From: the human T2T-CHM13v2.0 reference genome, Homo sapiens
Length of the DNA stretch: 64,000 bases
NCBI RefSeq assembly: GCF_009914755.1
Contig: NC_060925.1
Strand: one strand, 5' to 3'
Below the pieces are notes generated by a model, which searched no databases, was not told the origin of the DNA, and worked only from the letters and a program-made list of their open reading frames with translations. The number at the start of each line of letters is the position of its first letter. The stretch's first letter is position 1. Made by a program: the position numbers and the translations under genes. This document shows, piece by piece, positions 58,286 through 64,000 of this stretch.

Positions 58286-58306
58286 TTTAAGAAACTGCCA
58301 CTTGAT

Positions 58307-59221
58307 GGCAAAGAACATGAACAGACACTTTTCAAAAGAAGAGATACGCACAGCCAACAAGCATATAAGAAGTGCTCAACGGCACTAATCATTAGAGAAA
58401 TGCAAATCCAAACCACAATGAGATACCATCTTGTATCAGTCAGGGTGGATATTATTAAAAAGTTAAAAAGTGACAGATGCTGATGAGGCTGTGGAGAAAA
58501 GGGAATGCTTATACACTGCTGGTGGGAATGTAAATCGTTTCAGCCATTGTGAAAAGCTGTGTGATGATTTCTCTAAGAACCTAAAACACAAGTATCACCT
58601 AAGTCAGCAATCCCATTATTGGGTATATACTTTAAGGAATATAAATTGTTCTTCCATAAAGACACATAAACATGCATGTTTACTGCACCACTATTCACAA
58701 TAGCAAAGACATGGAATCAACCTTAATGCCCATCAACAGTAGACTAGACTACAAAAAAAAAATGTGGTGCATATACACTATAGAATACTACATAGCCATA
58801 AAAAAGAACAACATCATGTCCTTTGCAGCAACATGGATGGGGCTGAGGGCCACAATCCTATGCGAATTAACGGAGAAACAGAAAACCAAATACCACTTAT
58901 AGAGGAGGCCATTATCCTGGGCAAACTAACAAAGGAACCAAAAATCAAATATCACACATTCTCACTTATAAGTCCGAGCTAAACATTAAATACAAACATG
59001 GATGCAAAACAGGGAACGGAATGACTGACAGATGTTGAGGCCTAACTGAGGGTGGAAGGTGGGAGAGGGGAGAGGATTGAAAAACTACCTGTTGGGTACT
59101 ATACTTATTATCTGGGTGACAAAATAATCTGTACACCAAACCCTCATGACATGTAATCTACCTATATAAAAAACCTGCACATGTACCCCTGAACTTAAAA
59201 TAAAAGTTAAAAAAAAAAAAA
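58307..59221 (+). mobile_element. 5'-truncated L1PA13-15-like element with polyA
   Basis: AACCTGCACATGTACCCCTGAACTTAAAATAAAAGTT(A)n; TSD AAGAAACTGCCACTTGAT (58289-58306) / AAAAACCTGCCACTTGAT (59217-59234). Confidence 0.92.
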
Positions 59222-59559
59222 CCTGCCACTTGATATACTTTGGTATATCGCATCAAAAAACAATATCTAAAATTATATAAAAAGACTATTAAAATACTAT
59301 GAGTTTCTTTATATACTTCAAACACAGCAAAATGATAAATGTGGAAGCAGATACAAAAAGTCAGCTGTCTTCTATTAAGCTGGATGTTAAAGATACTTCC
59401 AAAAATGTAACTTAATGCCAATCTTCTCACTATTTCTTTGGAAAATACAGTTTTTTAAATAAAATATATCTTATATTAATACATAGCAGGCTTATTATTG
59501 TTTTAGATAAATTAAGACATACATATTTTTTAAATTTTCTCAGTTCAAATTACCAATGT

Positions 59560-59564
<5 letters not shown>

Positions 59565-59616
<52 letters not shown>
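59565..59616. repeat. Pure (AT)26 microsatellite
   Basis: Read directly from the sequence. Confidence 0.97.
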
Positions 59617-59619
<3 letters not shown>

Positions 59620-60619
59620 TATAAACAATATTTCTTAGTCTCAATAATTTTCAAATGTGTAAAGGATATTAAAATCAATAAGTTCAAGAAACACTAACTT
59701 AAGACAAAAACAACATGGGATAGAGTTATCATTGTTTCCCTTCTACTCATAAGGAAATTATCAGATAAGTGAAGGAATTTGTCTAGTGTCTTTCATCTAG
59801 AATGAGCTAGAGCTTGGATTTTAACCAAGACTTTGATTTAGAAAATAGTTTTAGCGTGTACTAAAAAATTAAATATATAAAGAGAAAGAAAAATAGATTT
59901 AAAAAGTAATGGTATAGTAAAATCTGATAGGGAGAAGGGGAATAATAATATCAAATTATTAGACTATTTTTTGAGTGAAAGGCGCTTTCAGCAAAGATCT
60001 ATACTTTTTCATCCCAGCCTATTCTTCAGTAATTTCTGGAAGATTTTATTTTTATTGTTTTGGTTCTAATATTGATTTTGGAATTATTTTTCACTTTATT
60101 ATATGTTATTTCTAGGTTTCTCTGTCAAAGTTTCATTGAGAGAAGTTAACACAGGATAATTTGCTTGAAGCTACTGATGGCTTCAGGAAATTTAAAGGGC
60201 CTTTTTCTTTACTGATGTTCTGTTATTTATTTTCTTCCATCAATTTCTCTTTCCTTTAAGCATTATTCTTTCATCTGGCACATTAAGTGCTCTTAGTTTT
60301 CTGAGGGCTTGCTATAGCAATTATCTGGAAAACTTCAAATTCCTTCTCTAAGCTTCACTTTTCAACGTTATTTCTTTTCCTGATGACTTTAAATCTTGTT
60401 CTATTGTCTCAATATCCTTTCTTAGCTTGGGTATTAATAACTTGTCATTAATAATTTGTTACGGAAAACTGATAAAATGATTTCTGCCTCCTTCTAATAC
60501 ATGTATTTTGATACAAATTTTAGGTAATTTACATTTCTGAAATGAATGTGATTTTTGGATATCATTATAATTACCATAAATCTTGCCATTTACTAGTAGA
60601 TTCTAGCATTCATTATGCT

Positions 60620-62090
60620 TATTTTTTGGTAAAATTTTTATTAAATTTAAAATCTATCTTTTTAAAAATGTGTGATGAATTCTTAATGAATGCCAGACAG
60701 TGATCAAACATTGAAGAGACAATAGTAAAAGCAGCAGACTTTGATAGAGCTTACATTCAAATAATCATAGACAAAAACAATTAAATTAATTTAAAAAATT
60801 AAATAAATACTATTATTGTAGCTAGTCATAATATCATCAGAAAAGTAAAACAGAAAAAGTCATGTGGCTAAATGACAGTAAGCTATTCTTTTGTAGACAG
60901 GGCAAAAAAGGTCTTTCTGGGAAATTTTAAGTGAAAAGTAAACAGGGTGAAGGAGCCAGTTGAAGGGGAGAAAATCATCCTAATCAGAGATCACAGTGCA
61001 CAGGTCTATTTGCAAAACTAACTTGGATGCTCAAAGGCAAAAGGAAACTAATCTTGCCAGATTACAATTGCTAGAGTCAGGGGATAAATTCAATAGACGT
61101 ATAACAGCTAGATCATATAGAGGCTGACCAAAATAAGAAATGTGGACTGTACTCTAAGTGCAACAGGAAGCCATGAGAGAGTTTAGAGAAAAAGTGACAT
61201 GATTTAATTTGAAGCTATAAGGATTGCTCAAGCTTCTTTGTGGATAATAGACTGTAAAAAGGGAAGGGGAAAATCAGGAAGATCATTTAGGAGTGTAAAC
61301 CAAAAGTATCTGAGATAGGTCTTGATCAATTTAGAAAGTTTATTTTGCCATGGTTGAGGACATGCCCATGACACAGCCTCAGGAGGTCCTAATGACACGT
61401 GCCCAAGTTTGATGGGGCACAGCTTGGTATTATACAGTTTAAGGAGACTTGAGACATCAATCAATACATGTAAAATGTACATTGATTCGGTCTGGAAAGG
61501 TGGCACAACTCAAAGAAGGGGCTTCCAGGCCATAGGTAGATTCGAAGATTTTCTGATTGGCAATTGATTGAGTTGTTATGAATAAAAAGGAATGTCTGGA
61601 TTATGATAAGGGATTGTGCAGACCAAGTTTTTATCACGCAGATGAAACCTCCAGGTAGCAGGCTCCAGAGAAAATCGATTACATTTACAATTGTAAATGT
61701 TTCTTATCAGATTTAAAGAGTCTGTTGTAATTCCAAAAGTGAGGAGGGTATAATGACGCATGTCTGGCTCCCCCTTCCCATCATGGCCTGAACCAGTTTT
61801 TCAGGTTAACTTTGGAATGCCCTTGTTGAGAGGAGTCTTCAGATGGTGAGAGGGCCTAGGATTTTATTTTTGGTTTGCAGAGGGATAAGTTCACTCCAGA
61901 GAAGATCTGCTGTTAGCTTGAATTAGGTTAGAAATAAAGAGAGCATAGTAGTGGAAATCAGGATATATTTTGCTCAAAGAAGCTTGTTGAGAATTGATTC
62001 AGACTGACAACATAGGGTTTTGGCCCTATGTATCTAGAGGAATGGTAATGCCATTAAATGGGATGGGAGAACTGGAGTTGCAGGCATTGA
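60620..62090 (-). mobile_element. L2 LINE remnant split by a MER4 LTR
   Basis: TGCCAGACAGTG, GAGCTTACATTC, GTGAAGGAGCCAG, CTCTAAGTGCAACAGGAAGCCA, TGGTAATGCCATTAA..GGATGGGAGAACTGG. Confidence 0.65.
61294..61879 (-). mobile_element. MER4-family (ERV1) solo LTR
   Basis: TGTAAACCAAAAGTATCTGAGA...CAGCCTCAGGAGGTCCT...GGATTTTATTTTTGGTTTGCA. Confidence 0.88.
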
Positions 62091-62563
62091 AAGCAGTGTT
62101 TGTTGTTTAATCTAATCTATTAAGGCAGATATGACTATAGCAAGTACATTCAGAATTTACCCATATAATCAATTTAAAATGAAGAAAAAGCAGTACAGTT
62201 CCAAGTATGCTCATGTGAGCCTCTGCTAATTTTTATGGTATGTTGACATAACTTGCAATTTATGATAAATTATTTCACTTCTTTAAGATTTTGTTTTTGG
62301 TTAATTTTCAGTTAAATACTCAACTATCAGAATATGTTTTTTTATGATGATTACATTTCAATTCTCACCCTCTAATGAAATTAACTTATTTCCCTTAAGA
62401 AAGATTAGACCATTTAGAATTTACAATTCATTCAATGACACATTTCTTGCAATATTAAGCTTAAGCTTCAAGATATATTTGATTCCTCAGTGAGCGGGTG
62501 TGACCATTTTAAATGTACTTATCACTTGAAAACATTCCACATTTTCTTTTTATTTTTAATATA

Positions 62564-62577
62564 GTTACCATGGTAAC
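62564..62577. promoter_or_regulatory. Candidate RFX X-box (perfect palindrome)
   Basis: GTTACCATGGTAAC matches GTTNCCATGGNAAC, in apparently non-repetitive DNA; motif only, no functional data. Confidence 0.5.
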
Positions 62578-63789
62578 CATAGCTGTTTCTTGATATTTTG
62601 CCTCAAAAAAACAGCCATGTCATTTTAGACAGACATGGTGGGGAACAGCATTTCTAAATCTCTCTACATCTTTTTCTCTTTATTATGATGATGATATAAT
62701 GTAATGATAATTTTAAAATTCTGACTATATAATGTCAACTTTTCTTGCTCCTGGGTTTGTGGTATGTCTTTGTTCTATTTGCTTCATGTTGCTATAATGT
62801 AAATATTAAATAACTACCTGATTTTATCACTTAAGCAATAGTCATTCTATTAGAGTTGCGTGGTGTGAAAATTGACTACCAGTGTGAGCTAGAACCTTGG
62901 ATCAAACTACATAATGAGTAGTTATATAAATTATTTGCAAAGCCTGTAACAATGGTGACAATTGTTGCTAAAATGCTCTGAATATTTAAGAGTTGAACTG
63001 TGTAATGTGCTGTATATACAAGTCTAAACTTTTAAACTTTAAAATTTGTGTCCTGTTGCAAGATTTCCATTTTATCTGAATAATTTTCTATTTAAGCTAA
63101 TTTTAGCTAAGTTTTAAATCCTTTTTTAACAGAAAACCTGTTACAGAAGACACCTGCTATTTGATTATTCAATATGTCTCTTACCTTTTAAGACTGAAAC
63201 TTGATTTTCTTTAGAGTGGCATTATCCCAGCTTCTTTAGGACAGAAAGATTGCTAAGCTATAAGAGGCTGAGTTGTCAGTACTTCTAGGAAATATTCATA
63301 AAAGATCTTAACCCAACTCTGAGGTACACCTTTCTGCTATTTTCCTCTTCATCTTACATATGTTCTATGTCAATGGCATCATGCCTCAGCAGGAACATTG
63401 GGCCATGTGGTCCTTTGAGCATAGAAACCTTGGGCTAAAGATGGCCAGAAATAAAGAAAACAGACTGAGCTCCTTATGTAACTCTGGAGCCCACATGGCA
63501 GCTCTGTACTATCTACCTCTGGATTTGATGGGATATATATATTATATGTATAATATAAGACTTTGTGGATTAAGTCATAAAGATTTCTTTTATTACGTTG
63601 ACACAAAAGTAATTGCGATTTTTGTCATTACTTGTAACATATGTTGGCAAATATAAATTGTGTACCTTGTATAATAAATCCAGTTGTTTAGTGTATATGA
63701 TTTTTTATATTCAGCATCTGGTGTTAATGTTAATAATTCTCTGTGAGGCTAGCTTTATTTTTGTTCTATATGAGCTACCTTGAATATTT

Positions 63790-63940
63790 TCATTAAACCC
63801 TAACAGCTCTATGAAGCATATTATTATCTCAATTGTGGAGATGAAAAGAACAAAGCAATAGAGTGGTTAAGGATTTTTTTCCAGGTCATACGTCTTCTGG
63901 AATACTGAGTTGTCATTTGAATCCACCTAGCTTGACTAGC
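63790..63940 (-). mobile_element. MIR SINE
   Basis: AACAGCTCTATGA..CATATTATTATCTC.ATT..GAGATGA..AAC..AGC..AGAG.GGTTAAG...CCAGGTCATAC. Confidence 0.7.
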
Positions 63941-64000
63941 GGCCACATTCTCAGCAAATGGTTTTACCTAATGCTGTTATGGATTAAATGTGTTCCCTAA

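Larger units (their letters stand above)
52953..59696 (+). mobile_element. Charlie1-type hAT DNA transposon in three pieces (about 52953-53818, 56579-57270, 58285-59696), split by L1s
   Basis: Left end GGGGTCTCCAAAGATCCTTTCAGAGG..GCAAGGTCAAAA; transposase remnant SVKQIIALP...KDLAAN (ORF 56718); right end GCAGATA..CAGCTGTCTTCTATTAAGC...AAGTTCAAGAAACACTA. Confidence 0.75.

Overview
This is AT-rich, CpG-depleted primate DNA, most likely human or ape, from an intergenic or deep intronic region. I found no intact protein-coding gene, RNA gene or CpG island. Much of the window is transposon-derived: Alu J/S/Y, L1PA/L1PB/L1M, L2, MIR, MaLR/ERV LTRs (THE1A, THE1D, MLT1, MER11, MER4, LTR27-like, MER110-like) and hAT DNA transposons (MER45A, MER5A, a Charlie1 split by three L1s). 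The only gene-derived sequence is a cap-to-polyA processed EEF1A1 pseudogene (35775-37915), disabled by stops and frameshifts. It sits in an L2 tail and carries an L1 3' stub and an AluY nested in its 3'UTR. The most unusual structures are: (i) an L1PA8-like insertion whose inverted 5' piece comes from the 5'UTR/ORF1 start, about 4 kb from its 3' piece, nested in an older L1 that is itself 5'-inverted; (ii) three interlocking perfect inverted repeats at 16273-16329 that look like a template-switch scar; (iii) a perfect RFX X-box palindrome in unique DNA at 62564. I see no convincing evidence for a new biological system. Repeat subfamily names come from my recall of consensus sequences and need RepeatMasker/Dfam confirmation, and boundaries of old elements are approximate.
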